Below are positions 13,501-28,100 of a DNA stretch of 64,000 bases, piece after piece. Made by a program: the position numbers and the translations under genes. The DNA is from Octopus bimaculoides (taxonomy: Eukaryota). The first letter of the stretch is position 1; each line of letters opens with the position of its first letter. The stretch spans positions 22,412,745-22,476,744 of the forward strand of contig NC_068985.1 in NCBI RefSeq assembly GCF_001194135.2, given 5' to 3'. The notes beneath the pieces were generated by a model. It saw only the letters and a list, made by a program, of their open reading frames with translations, was not told where the DNA came from and did no database searches.

Positions 13501-16500
13501 ATTAATAAATAGATGCATTATTTAACCATAACTATTCAAACAAGTCAATTTGCAATAATATAATGGAACAGAATATATTATTTTGTTTTAAAAAAATAAA
13601 TAAAACACAAAGGCATGGCAAAGATTTAAATTCAAGAACATTGATTCAGTATCATAATTCAGAAATAGCACTTCTTTAAAATGTTTTAGAAGATTATGCA
13701 CAATGTTCTTTCATCGTAAATAAATATAAAAAATAAAATACGCAAACTGGATTTCAGTTGCTGTTCTTTAATCATGATATTACAAGTGATGAAGTGAGAA
13801 TTAATAAATTATTTACCCTCGAAATGCATCAAGTGATTTTAACCTTTCCCGTACAAGTATACGGCTACGTAGGCTTTCATTGTCATCTGTGGGGTTGATG
13901 CTGTCTGGAGAGCCAAGATCCTATGAAAAAATTAATTATCAATAAGCCCAACTATAAAAAAACAAAAACAAAAAAAAACTAATAATTTCATCATTTCATC
14001 ATAGTGATTAGGGTTTAGTGGTCATGATCATAAGGTCATGGATTTGATTCCTGGACCAGCATGTTCTATCCTAGAGTAAGGCACTTCATATCACATTGCT
14101 CCAGTCTATTCAGCTGAAAGTGAATATTGGCCAAGAACTGGTGCAGCCCTCTCTCCTGCCGACTGTTACATCCTCAATGTTTCACCAAATCAAGAGTGAT
14201 GTGATAAGACAGTGTTAACATCTGCTAACAACTACATAGGTATCTAAAGCAATTAGCAAAATGAGGCACATGCTACTAAGTTATATTTGCTAGTGAATGA
14301 TAGTTATGGTTTCAGGTTTGCTACAAGGGAGAACATACTATAAAAAAACACCCACATTTCACAAATTGAAATACATACATCATTAAATAAACAGAATGAG
14401 AGAAAATGTTGCTATCAAACACAGAAAGAAGGCCACAGATTTTCTAGAAAAAGTAGTCACCAACAGTATTGACTCCAGTATGTGACCGGTATTTATTTCA
14501 TTGGTCTTAGAAAGATGAAAGCTGGAGTCAAGTGTGACAGGATTTGAAACCAGAATATAAAGGGACTTCAGTTAATTCTGCAAGGTGTTTTATCTGTGGT
14601 AGTTATGGTAATATAAATTCCTGAAGCAAGTAAGGAGAGTCAATGAAAATTTAAAGTAAGAGGTTTCATAAACTTACTGCTTCGATTAGTTTCTCTTGAC
14701 TAAATCGTGAAATGATTCTTCTGAAGGTGACACTGCTGTAAGAAAGATAAAATGACAAAACTAATACCGATGCATCTAATGAACAGATATGGAAAAAAAA
14801 GTTGTATCATCATCATCATCATCATCGTTTAACGTCCGCCTTCCATGCTAGCATGGGTTGGACGATTTGACTGAGGACTGGTGAAACCGGATGGCAACAC
14901 CAGGCTCCAATCTAATTTGGCAGAGTTTCTACAGCTGGATGCCCTTCCTAACGCCAACCACTCAGAGAGTGTAGTGGGTGCTTTTACGTGTCACCCGCAC
15001 GAAAACGGCCACGCTCGAAATGGTGTCTTTTATGTGCCACNNNNNNNNNNNNNNNNNNNNNNNNNNNNNNNNNNNNNNNNNNNNNNNNNNNNNNNNNNNN
15101 NNNNNNNNNNNNNNNNNNNNNNNNNNNNNNNNNNNNNNNNNNNNNNNNNNNNNNNNNNNNNNNNNNNNNNNNNNNNNNNNNNNNNNNNNNNNNNNNNNNN
15201 NNNNNNNNNNNNNNNNNNNNNNNNNNNNNNNNNNNNNNNNNNNNNNNNNNNNNNNNNNNNNNNNNNNNNNNNNNNNNNNNNNNNNNNNNNNNNNNNNNTT
15301 CCCTCAACTGTTAGGGTGTGGCACTTTTTCACGCAGCTATCCTCATCCATTCTCACCACATGTCCATACCAGCGCAATCGTCTCTCTTGCACACCACAAC
15401 TGATGCTTCTAATGTTCAGCTTTTCTCTCAAGATACTTACACTCTGACGGGTATTCACATTGACATTACATTCACAGTGAAACATAAATGTAAAAAGGAA
15501 CATTTTTCTGTTAGGAATATTATTGCTAAAACACTGGCTAACACCAACCAACAAGCAATCTGTAGGATAGTTTGAAAACACAGTGTAAATATATATATAA
15601 AATTATATTTTGAAGAAACAAGAAGAAAATAAAATTGAAAGTAAAATAATTTAAGTTTATATAGTACAAAAGGGAAAATATATTACCTTTTGAAATAAAA
15701 TGCATATCTCAGCAAGATGATTACAAATACAACAGCCATGCTGATATAAATTGCTAGAAAGACAATGAGATGTTATAAGTTACACAAAAACATTTTATTA
15801 AATCAACAAAACTATATGTGTTTATATTGTTGAAAACATAACACGTAATTTTATTTTTTTAAAAATTGTTACACTATTATACAATACTTCTTGCAAAGAG
15901 TGTCAGTAGTCATTGGACTTGCTAGGAACAGCAGCAAAATCTCCCTCAAATTGTACCCTGCCACCTTAAAAAGGAAAGGCTAGTTGAATGATGAATCCTA
16001 AATATACTATGCTTGAAAAAAAGACATGGTGGTCACAAGTGAAATGCCTTTCATCACAAGTATTCCTAATAAAAACTAACCTTGAACTAAACAGTACTTG
16101 TTTTATATATATACATATATATATTAATCATCATCACTGAACCTCCATTGTCCATGTTGGCATGAGTTGGACGGTTTGACCAGGGCTGGTAAGTTGGAAG
16201 GCTGATTTGGTATGGTTTTCTATGACTGGATGCCCAACTGACTATAGAAAATATTCTAATATTAGGGTATAGAAACCCCCATAACAGAAAAAGTGGGCAT
16301 TAGTACATGTGGAAATCAAACCTGAAAGATGTGTGGGTTCAATTCGTATGTGTACTAATGCCCATTTTTTTCTATTAGGGGTTTATATACCCTAATATTT
16401 GACTTTTTTATAGTCAATATATGATGAAAGCTTACAATTATATTTACAAAATTTTCACTTGTCACTGTTTCTTAATTTATGCAGAATATGCTCACACACA

Positions 16501-19066
16501 CACACGTATGCACATATATATGACTGTGTGGCCTAGTGGTTAGGGTGTTGCACTCACAATTGCTAGATTGTGTGTTCAATTTTCAGACTTGGCAGCATAG
16601 TGTTCTTGAGTAAAACACTTCTTTAACGTTGCTCTAGCCTACTCAGCTGTAAATGTGTAACCCTGAAATAGTATAACCTAGCTAAAACCAAAGTCTTAAT
16701 TAGGAAGTCAGACAAACCACAAATCCCTTCAGGTAGATGACTCTGCTCGATTTGTAGAAAAGGTGTGGGTAGAAACTCCATAAGATGTACCCAGTTTAAG
16801 CTATGGACATATAAGAGGTGCAGCAATATCAAAGGAAGGCTAACTGGGAAGATAGTTTTTGTATGTGGCAGATGCTCAGGAGCAATAAACACAGAAAATG
16901 TGCAGAGAACACATGATAGCTTCCGTTACCTAGGTGACCAAGTCAGTAGCAAGGGTAGATGCTCTGAAAGTGTAGCTGCTAGAATAAGAATAGCCTGGGC
17001 AAAGTTCAGAGAGCTCCTGCCTCTGCTGGTGACAAAGGGCCTCTTGCTCAGAGCAAAAGGTAGACTGTATGACGCATGTGTATGAACAGCCATGCTACAT
17101 GGCAGTGACTGCTGAGGATATGCATAAGCTTGAAAGGAATGAAGCCAGTAGGCTCTGCTGGATGTGTAATGTCAGTGTGCATACACGACAGAGTGCAAGC
17201 ACCCTGAGAGAAAAGTTGGACTTAAGAAGCATCAGATGTGGTGTGCGAGACAGATGACTGCGCTGGTATGGCCATGTGTTGCCAATGGCTGAAGGCAGCT
17301 GTGTGAAAAAATGTCACACACTAACAGTTGAGGGAACCTGTGGAAGAGGTAGATGCAGGAAGACCTGGGATGAGGTGGTGAAGTACGACCTTTGAACATT
17401 GGGCCTCAACGAGGCAATGACTAGTGACTGAGACCTTTGGAGGTATGCTGTACCTGAGAAGACCCGACAAACCAATTGAGACCATAACCTGTGGCCTATG
17501 CCAGTGGTGTATAACCAGCCTACTTATGAGTACCCTTGCAAAGACTTGTTGAAGCAAGTGAAATCAAAATCGCTGACGTGGCCAATGACAGTACTGCCTG
17601 ATTGGCACTCATGCCAGTGGAACGTTAAAAGCACCATCTGAGCATGATAGGTGCCAGGGCCGCTGACTGGCTCCCGTGCCAGTGGCACATAAAAAGCACC
17701 ATTCGAGTGTCATCGTTGCCAGCGTCACTTTACTGGCACATGTGCTGGTGGTACGTGAAAAACAACATTCGAGCGTGGTTGTTGCTAGTGCTGCTGGACT
17801 GGCTCCCGTGCAGGCAGCACGTAAAAAACACCTTTTGAGCATGGTCGTTGCCAGTACCACCTGACTGGCACTCATGCCAGTGGCACATAAAAGCACCCAC
17901 TACACTCTCAGAGTGGTTGGCATTAGGAAGGGCATCCAGCTGTAGAAACTTAGCCAGATCAGACTGGAGCCTGGTGCAGCCTTCTGGCTTGCCAGTCCTC
18001 AGTCAAACCGTCCAATCCATGCCAGCATGGAAAGTGGATGTTAAACGACGATGATGATGTGAGAATAAAGCACTAAATATTGATTGAATTTATAATATCA
18101 TGGTGAAGAATGTAACAGCTAATAAATAAAAATAAAGGAACACTAGTGTGAAAATCTCAAACTATACAAAAGAATATCAACGAAAGTTTGCAACCAAAAT
18201 GTTGAGAGAAGATTGCTGTCATCAATATTATTTTGTTAATTAGAACAGTGGCCTGGCAGAATAGTTAGCATGAAGAATAGAATTACAACAGGTTGTATCA
18301 TTTTATTTACATTCATTTGTAGATAACAAGAGACACAGAAAAAGACTGATTTCTCAACACAAATATAAATATGAAAGAAGTCATAAAAGATTGATAAGAA
18401 TATATTTGTAAATTTTGCTTTGAATTTCAATTCATTACAGAGGTATATTAACAAAAGAAGAAAATACAAAATTATAAGTGAAGGAGATACATACGGATAA
18501 AAACATCACTAGGATCGTTTGTCAGTTCCTGAGAACATTGGGTTCTGTTGTAAATCAACAAGTTGTAAATACCATTCTCTTTAAAATGGAATGTAGTTTC
18601 CCTAAAATTGAAAATAAGAAAGTATGTATTTGTGTGTGTGTATATATCTATATATATAAAAAATTTTTTCGGAATGAGATAAAAAAACCCAAGGCTGTGA
18701 AGATTTCAGAACATTTATAAATAGGTCTTACAGCTGTTTCCAGGATATTTATTATATCCCTTCATCGGAGACGGCGTGAGAAGATGGTTAAGCAATAGTT
18801 AATTTAGATAAGAAATGAAATAGAGAGTGAAGTGGAGGAATGAAAATAGATGCGAGATATGCAGGGATATTGCATTTGTAGATCCATTATTTATATACAC
18901 ACATGCTGATATATGACCTATGTTGGACTCCTTATTCACATAATCACTGAACCTGGAGCTTAACTATGGTCTATCCATAGCACTTACTCAGCATTACCTG
19001 ACACCTTTGGGTCTTATTGACACCATTACCGCTTATAACCTCTCTGTCACTGTGTATGTATGTGTA

Positions 19067-19101
<35 letters not shown>

Positions 19102-22100
19102 CATCATCATCATCGTTTAACGTCCGCTTTCCATGCTAGCATGGGTTGGACGATTNNNNNNNNNNNNNNNNNNNNNNNNNNNNNNNNNNNNNNNNNNNNN
19201 NNNNNNNNNNNNNNNNNNNNNNNNNNNNNNNNNNNNNNNNNNNNNNNNNNNNNNNNNNNNNNNNNNNNNNNNNNNNNNNNNNNNNNNNNNNNNNNNNNNN
19301 NNNNNNNNNNNNNNNNNNNNNNNNNNNNNNNNNNNNNNNNNNNNNNNNNNNNNNNNNNNNNNNNNNNNNNNNNNNNNNNNNNNNNNNNNNNNNNNNNNNN
19401 NNNNNNNNNNNNNNNNNNNNNNNNNNNNNNNNNNNNNNNNNNNNNNNNNNNNNNNNNNNNNNNNNNNNNNNNNNNNNNNNNNNNNNNNNNNNNNNNNNNN
19501 NNNNNNNNNNNNNNNNNNNNNNNNNNNNNNNNNNNNNNNNNNNNNNNNNNNNNNNNNNNNNNNNNNNNNNNNNNNNNNNNNNNNNNNNNNNNNNNNNNNN
19601 NNNNNNNNNNNNNNNNNNNNNNNNNNNNNNNNNNNNNNNNNNNNNNNNNNNNNNNNNNNNNNNNNNNNNNNNNNNNNNNNNNNNNNNNNNNNNNNNNNNN
19701 NNNNNNNNNNNNNNNNNNNNNNNNNNNNNNNNNNNNNNNNNNNNNNNNNNNNNNNNNNNNNNNNNNNNNNNNNNNNNNNNNNNNNNNNNNNNNNNNNNNN
19801 NNNNNNNNNNNNNNNNNNNNNNNNNNNNNNNNNNNNNNNNNNNNNNNNNNNNNNNNNNNNNNNTATTCTTATTCTAGCAGCTACACTTTCAGCGCACCCA
19901 CCCCCACTACTAACTTGGTCGCCCAGATAGCGGAAGCTATCAACTACCTCTAGTTTTTCACCCTGGAATGAGATAGAAGTTGTTTCCTGTTTGTTTGCAG
20001 TCTTTATTGCACCTGAACATCTGCCACAAACAAAAACTAACTTGCTAGTTAACCTGCCTTTGATGTTGCTATATATATATATATATATATATATATTTTC
20101 ATATGTATGCATTACATGCATATGTGTATGTTTTATCTATCTATCCACATGCACACAAGTCAAAAACTTGGCTCAATGGGTGATTATCTGACTACACCAA
20201 AACAAATCAATCTCCTGATGACACCACATCTGCAATAGTTCAAGCATACTAAAAGAAGGCTACTTAATGCTGGAAGTTACATGATTGCATGGTCTCCTCA
20301 TGGTTTGCCCTCTCTGCAATTACATAGGACTTGCACCAGATGTCCTCATGTACCACACATCTGATAGTGGACCTCATCGCATTGATCCATTTGTGATGGC
20401 TCACGACGACCCACAAGACCTGTTAATGGTAATGCCCTGGACTTGCTGGTTAAACTCCGCTATCCTGATGATGCCTGACCATTGACAATGTTCTTTGTCT
20501 TGGGCACAAATGACACATTCTCAGCAGAATCCTCCAGATATTTTATAACTCTGCACACAAAAGGATTTTGCTATAATCAAGAAACTGGCAAACACCAAGT
20601 CACTGTAGTTGGCAGCTCTGAACATGCTATAACAGATCATTTCTTGTGTCAGATGGGAATCTGTATTGTCAATGCTACTGATACACCTGAACAATTCAAA
20701 AATTATTTTTGGTGCATGTTGTATATCACAAATGAAGTTCTTTATTTTAAGTGGTTTAACTATGTTCCTCTGAACAGGTAACCCTTGGACTTATTCTATC
20801 TACCAGTGTGTGTTCATACACATACATACAAACACATATACACATACCACTCGTAATTCAAAACATGTTGAAATCTAAAATGACAAAAATAAAAGAAGAT
20901 CAATTACTATATCTCTTAATGCTGTCTTTCTCAGAAAAGTAATAAAACAATAAGAAAATGTACACCTACAAATGACACAAATAACAGGGATTGGGGGGAT
21001 GGAGTGTGTGTGTGTGTGGGGGGTAGTAGATTTATTTGTTCTATCAATATTCTTTATCGTTTTTATTTCAAATGAGTAAAATGAAACATCTGCATATGTT
21101 CTTGAAACCTGTCTTTCTAGCCACATATTATTTATCTATATTGGCAAATCATCATCATCATCATTGTTTAACATCCGCTTTCCATGCTGGTATAGATGGG
21201 ACAGTTTGACATGGAGCTGGCTAGCAGGGAGCTGTCCAGACTCCAGCTGTCTGCTGTGGCATGGTTTCAATGGCTGGATACCCTTCCTAACGCCAAACAT
21301 TTAGCAGAGTGTGGTGGGTGCTTTTTACATGCCACTGACACATGTCCATTTACGCAGCACCAGCACCGGAAAGAACAAGCCTGTATGTGTGGAAGATAGT
21401 GATTTTACTTAGCTTGATGTGTCTTCAAATTGCTACATCTCTCAGTCCCTTGTTATTTCCTCAGTGAGGCCCAGTGTCTGAAGATCCTTTCTCACCATCT
21501 TGTCCCACAACTTCCCTCCACAATTAGAGCTCAGGACTTCTTTATGCAACTATCCTCATTCATACACATCACATGATCAAACCAGTGGAGTCTTCTTTCG
21601 TTGCACACAATATCTGATGCCTCTTATACCCAGTTTCCCGCTTAAATCATTTACACTGTTGTGCATGCACACAGACATTACCCATCCATAAAAAAAAAAA
21701 GCTTACTAATTAACAAGACAAATTAGAAATACATGCTGCATGTACTTACTGACATAAATCTCCTTCCTCATCCTTAATCTTAAAGTGTACAGGCCATCGA
21801 GAATCCACTCTCAAATAACATGTGGCTCCAGGGTTGATGCGGGCAGTTAATCGTAGTTTACACTGAAAAATCACAACAATCAATCATTCAGTTATATTGC
21901 TATGCATAAAAATAGCATGTCCTCCTAGGTAATATTGTACGGCTTTTGTAGCAATTGCTTTCATGCTGTCTTAAATAATAAAAATTCTTGTACATGATAT
22001 ATAATTAAATGGTAATTACTAACAACATGGGTCTCAATTTTTCATGAGCAATAAAATTAAAAACCCAATGACATATATGACAGCGCTATTCAAGAGAAGA

Positions 22101-25100
22101 TTTGCGTTTTCAAACTCGGAACTGAGAAAACTGATAAGGAGGATACAGGAAGCGGTCGAAAAAGCCAGCTTCTATATATGGCTGAAGCGGGAAGACCAAA
22201 TATGGCTTGAAAGTCATAACATGCCTAGGTGAGACAGGCTGACACTGAAGTGGCTTTGTGCCCTCCATTGTCAGTTAAAGTTTAGACAGTGTCATGTGAC
22301 AACTTGCTGGGGCTGCCTGCTGGAGCCTAGCAGCAGGTATAAAAAAGGGGAATTTGACAGGACAATCAGTCGGACACTGACACTTGTTGATGCTGCATCG
22401 AAGAGGCCAGGGAATAGAAGAAAGAAGACATGCACCCAACACCAGAGCTGAAGACACCTCTGAAAGGGGGGGCCCCGCCACGTCAAAACGGTAGAGGAGT
22501 AGGGGCCGAAACTGGACGTGGTTCCTCCTGATGATGTCTTGAGCTAACTGGATCCTATAAAGGAGCTGTTGTGGTAGCAGACCACGAAACATGGTTGAAA
22601 TTCCTCCTATGAAACACAGTTGACTTAATGGCCACTGACCACTCCAACCCATACAGCTGCTACAACTACATGTCAAATCACTCACAAATCTTCACCAGAA
22701 TGACACTGTAATATAAAGTTGATATGAACAAACAAAAGCGAAATACACAATAAAATAAGCATATGACAAGCCACATTCATATCCAAATTCTGTTGTGTAT
22801 CTAAGTATATTCCATTGAATATAAAAAAAAAAAAGACTTGTTCAACAACGAAGAGCCTCTTAACTGTTTCTATGCAGTTGTCAGTCATTCAGAAGCATGT
22901 TAGATAATAATATTAAGTAAAATTTCTCAGTTGCCACTCTTTCATGCCACATAATTTAACTTTGCACACTAGGGTGTGCAGGATGTTTCCAAAAGAGTCA
23001 GAAGTTTAGCATATCCAGATGCAAAGGGGAAATGGATAGCCAAGTCAAAAAATTACTGAATAAACAACCACGATTCCAATATCTTCTAGCCTTTGACCAG
23101 TGAGTGATATGATGTGGCCACAAATTACTTCATGTAGGTGTTGTAGTATGTGAAGGCACATGGTTCAGTGGTAAGAGCACCGGGCTCACAATCATGAGGT
23201 AGTGAGTTCAATTCCTGGAGCAGGCCATGTGTTATGTTCTTGAGCAAGACAATTTATTTGAAATTGCTTCAGTTTACTCAACTGTAGAAATGAACTGGGT
23301 CGTCACTGGTGCCAAGCTGTATCGGCCCTTGCATTTCCCTTGGATAACATTGGTGGCATGGAGAGGGGAGACTGGTATGCATGGACGACTGCTGGTCTTC
23401 CATAAACAACCTTTCCCAGACTTGTGCCTTGGAGGGAAACTTCTAGGATCAATCTTTACCCTTTAGGTGTTGTAATGTAATTCACCATGATAAAATTGAG
23501 ATACTTTTGAAGGCCATAACATAAGAATTTAAGACTGGCTGCCCATTGGAATTCCTCTATGCTGATAACTTGTTCTTATAGATGAAACTGCAGTAGAATT
23601 AGAAATGAAATTCCAAGTGTGGAAGCAAAACCTGGAATCTTAAAGGTAATTTAGCAAAGGCCAAAGTTCTAGATGGGTAAATGGCCCTGTTCTATATGTT
23701 GAAAAGGAGTAGGTACAAATTTCATATGGTGTACTCAGTACAAACTATGGTTACACAAGAGACAGTAAAATCACAAGAACAGAGAAAATAGAATTTGTCA
23801 GTAGCAGATTTGCAGGAGTGATAAATAATAGGGGCATACAGGAAATAGATGTTCTGGAATGCTTATTTCTTGAAGGTAGTGGAGGAGGATGTGCTGAAAG
23901 AATAACTGATAGAATAAGAATTCGCTAGAGAAAGTTCAGTGGACTATTACCTCTGTTAGTGACAGAAGGCCTCTCCCTCAGGTTGTATGCTGCCTGTGTA
24001 TGAACAGTATGCTATATAATTGTGAAACTAGAGCTGTGAATGCAGAGGATTATGCAAAGACTAGAAAGAAATAAAACTAGCATGCTCCAAGGATGTGCAC
24101 CATCAACGTGCATGTATGACAAAGTAAAAATGTGCTGAGAGAAAAATTGGGCATAAAAGGTATCAGATGTGGTGTGCAGGTGAGAAGATTGCGCTTGTAT
24201 GGTTATGTGATGTGGATAGACAAAAGACAGTTGTATAAAGAAGTGCCAATCGCTAAATGTGGACAGAGTCTGTGGTAGAAGACTCGGGAATATGTAGAAC
24301 AAAGTGGTGAAGACTGACCTCAAAATATTGAGCCACTCAGAGGAGATGACAATGAACTGAGTTAAATGGTGATTTACTGTGTTTGAGAAGATCCATCCAT
24401 CTCAGCAGAATCAAGGTTCTGTCAAGCTTTCTCCAACAATTCATCTTCTAACACCCATTCTGCCATCATTATTCTGTGGCACCCTATTTCTTCACTTCCC
24501 CTCCATTCAACTGTTATTCTTTGCATCTAACCCATTCCCTATCTCTAATCATCTGTCACACTTTTCTCACATAGAGCACCAACTGACACATCCACCTTTT
24601 TCTACTCCTCTGTCCTATACTGTTTCTCACATCCACCTTGTACCTTAACCTTACATCTCTCTCTCACTTTCCAGATGGGCAAGGCATGTATTCACAACTT
24701 CAGCCTTACCCTGACCCTAGTTTCTTATCCCTCAATCCTATACCTCACTCAGTTAAAGGGTCTTGTCTTCCAACAAAATTCAAATTGAGAATAATAAAAC
24801 TGAGCACTAACTTTCCAACATTCTGCACTTTGAGAAAAGAAAGACAATTCTGTTGTGGATTCACTTTCAATTATTATGTTGGCTGTGTTGACTTTAGGCT
24901 TGAGTGTTTCATTTCTACAGATAGAAACTTTTTCCAAAGACTCATCCTCAAGAGCAAATATACATTGACCTGGAAAAGAATTTAGGAAAAAATATATTAA
25001 AACTAGAATTAAGAAAAGAAAATAATTTGAAAATAGGTTATCAGATAATTTTCATGATGTTCTTATGGTATACTAAATTAGCAAATAGATTAATGGTTAC

Positions 25101-28100
25101 AGAGGAATTTAAGTATTTGAACAAGATTTCCATAAAACATTTTTCATGCCCAGATATCTCCATCAGCCTTTCTCGTTTTCCTGCTGGGGTACCCATGTTA
25201 TCTCCTCTTTAGCAATGTTAACTTTACACCAAATATACTGAGTGGAGAAATTTACTGACTAAGAATACTGATTTATTTTGATTATGCATAAATGGGAAGA
25301 TTTTATCAAGCTGAATTTACAGGACTTGAACTCAAAATTGAGAACAAATCCAAGAACACTAAAATATTTAGTCCAATGCCTCAACCATAGGCACAGCCTT
25401 TTTTGAATGTGTACATTAAATACATAACTTATAGTTGTTTTGGAATGAAAATGTCACCCGATTCTCAATAAGCTTAATGAAATAAATTTTGAAACAAAAG
25501 CACAAAACATTTAAAACATGTGAAATCATTTACATAAACACCAAAAGTATTAATCAATATGAATAATTTATCTAGAGAATGAGACATATGTAACATCATT
25601 TTACACTATAATATTAGTTTAGATAGAGCAAAACTAATTTCCATTCAAAATCAAATGAGATACAATTAAATAAAAAAATATTCTAATGTCATCAATTTAT
25701 TTCTCCAATGAATTGACAACATCAATATTATCATAGTTGATTTCACTGGTAATGTTAAGAAACACTTGGACAGATACAACAGTGTAGTCATGGTACAAGA
25801 AATGAAGAGTGATCAAGGCACTTGAATTTCAGTGATGCAAACGCTCTTATCACTTGTAACTGAAACTGGTCACTTACACTGAAGGTGGGTATGCATGCAA
25901 AAGTGATCTATAGCTGGTGAGGAATTTTATTTATTAACATAGTTTAATGGTCAGTAGTCTTAATTTGAGGATGAGAAAGAAGACTCAGAAGACAAAAAAC
26001 ATGTATGAGAAGGAATGCACAGAAGAACTATGCACTAAATAACCTTTGTTATGCTGATGACATTGTGCTGGTTCCTACCAGAGACTGATTGACAAAGTTA
26101 GTCTAGTCTTTAGTAATTTTCAACAGGAAGTCAGCAGCAGAAAGACCATGATCATAGCAACCACCAGGAAACCAGAGCAGCTTATATGATGATGGCAGGT
26201 AGGGGCAGGGCCACACTATCCCATGTTGACAATTTCAAGTACTGGGGCGCTACCCTTGACTAAACAGAGTACTGCAGCCAGGAAGTCAGAGCACGACTCA
26301 GTACAGAAAGATCATTTCTGAGGTCACAAATACAATATGGAGAGATTTCACTCATTAAAGCATAATTATGAAACTTCTGAAAACTTTGGTCAGTAGCATT
26401 GTATGTGTGTGAAGCGGGACTTCTTAAGGTAGCTAACAGCAAAAGGTCGAGGCGTTTGACACACCATGCTATACAGATGAGTGCTGTGGTCAGTTGGGCA
26501 GTTCCAATGATTCGGTGATTCAGTTTTGGATTAAATGGGAGCAGACTGAAATCTGGTAACAAAGGTCAGTCAACAAAAAGTAATATTTTAGCCAAGTTAA
26601 CTGGATCCAGAATGTCTGTACTCACATACTCAAGTGCTGGGTGGATGGAAAATGGGTTCATAAGCAACAAAGTTGGTGTGATGACATTAAGGATTGGACA
26701 GGGATGATCTTGGCAGAGTGTACAGCTTCAGAACCAAACTGCAGGGTGTGGTGAAAAATAGCAGTTGTGTCTGAATCACCAGACCCTCAGTCACCAAGAT
26801 GTAAATATTCCTTCATTTAGAAGTAGAAAACTTGAATACAGTAAATAGCTAGACATTCCAAAAGGACATTTGGTCAACATTTGAGGTTGTAGTAGGGTCC
26901 CATTAGACATGAAAAATGATGTGGAATATTACAGCATAATCTGTCATAAGATCTAAGTGACAGGTCTATATAAAAAAGAAAGCTAAGACCAATATCAAAT
27001 ATAGAAGTTCAGTAAAAATGAGAGAGAAATAAGGTGAACATGTTCTATTGGATTTGATGTTAGTCAGCATGGCAGAGAACAAGTAGTCAAAGAGAGTAGC
27101 TGAATATAAAAACCATTATCCCAAGTGTGTAGAAGTGACTATACAAGTTGTTTGTGATGAAATAAATTGATAAATGAAAAAATAAAAATAAAAAATTAAA
27201 GTCTGGAAGAGAAAAATCAAGGAAGATTTTGTTTGTGAGATCTTGAATAAATGGGTCTTACAAGAAGTGTTAAAAGACCAAGATGTGCTTGAGGCATTTT
27301 ACAGATCTGTACAATATATACCAACATGGAAAAAAACATACATTATGATGATGATAATTAATATTTACAGATGATACTAAGATATTTTTATCTGTGTAGT
27401 GTGCTGCATTGAAATTAGCCTAGTATATATTCTTAATTTAAATTTTACAAATAACTTCTATTTTATTATTTTCAGTGATATTTTTGTAGATGGTGAGATA
27501 ATATACATTTTCAAGCTTCTGTGATCACATTCTACTCTTGCATCATCCAGATTTGTAACAATCATCTGGGTATTTCATTGCAAAATACCACTAACAAAGC
27601 ACTCCTGCAGAATATTGCTCCTTGTCCGACTTGATATTTAACACACTACTGCCAGTTTTCAATAGAAAAAAAATTATATAAGAATGTAGGAGACAGAACA
27701 AAAGGGTTTATGTGATTTCTTTCTAAAAGATACCTAAAGCATAAATATACCAAACAAATGTAAACATACAAAAATTAACTAATCTTAATTAGTTGTATTA
27801 ATTTTATTAGTGAAGGCATATCATATTCTAAGGAAATAGATTCAATGATAAAAATGGAGGAGGAGAAAGCTTACAATTATAGTAAATTAGCTTCCAGGTA
27901 ACTGCTAAGTTCAGGCATGGCTATGTGGTGAGTAGTCTGGGTTCAGTCCCACTATGTGGCACCTTGAGCAAGTGTCTTCTGCTATACCCCAAGCCTGACC
28001 AAAGCTTTGTGAGTGGATTTGACAGATAGAAACTGAAAGAAGCCCATCATGTATATCTGTGTTACTCTTTCCTTGTCTAGACACTGCATGATGGTTGTAA

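Noticed and set aside
14881-15581. Long ORFs containing X runs (also near 19060, 34769, 37773 and 50087)
   Set aside because: Artefacts of translation through N gaps.
17570-17900. CRISPR-like repeat array
   Set aside because: Degenerate ~60-bp tandem units without unique spacers, in the 3' UTR of an RTE LINE.
22560-22612. Possible type I hammerhead (GTGGT/ACCAC hairpin before GAAAC)
   Set aside because: The core reads CTGTT rather than CTGATGA, and stem III/NUH geometry does not close.
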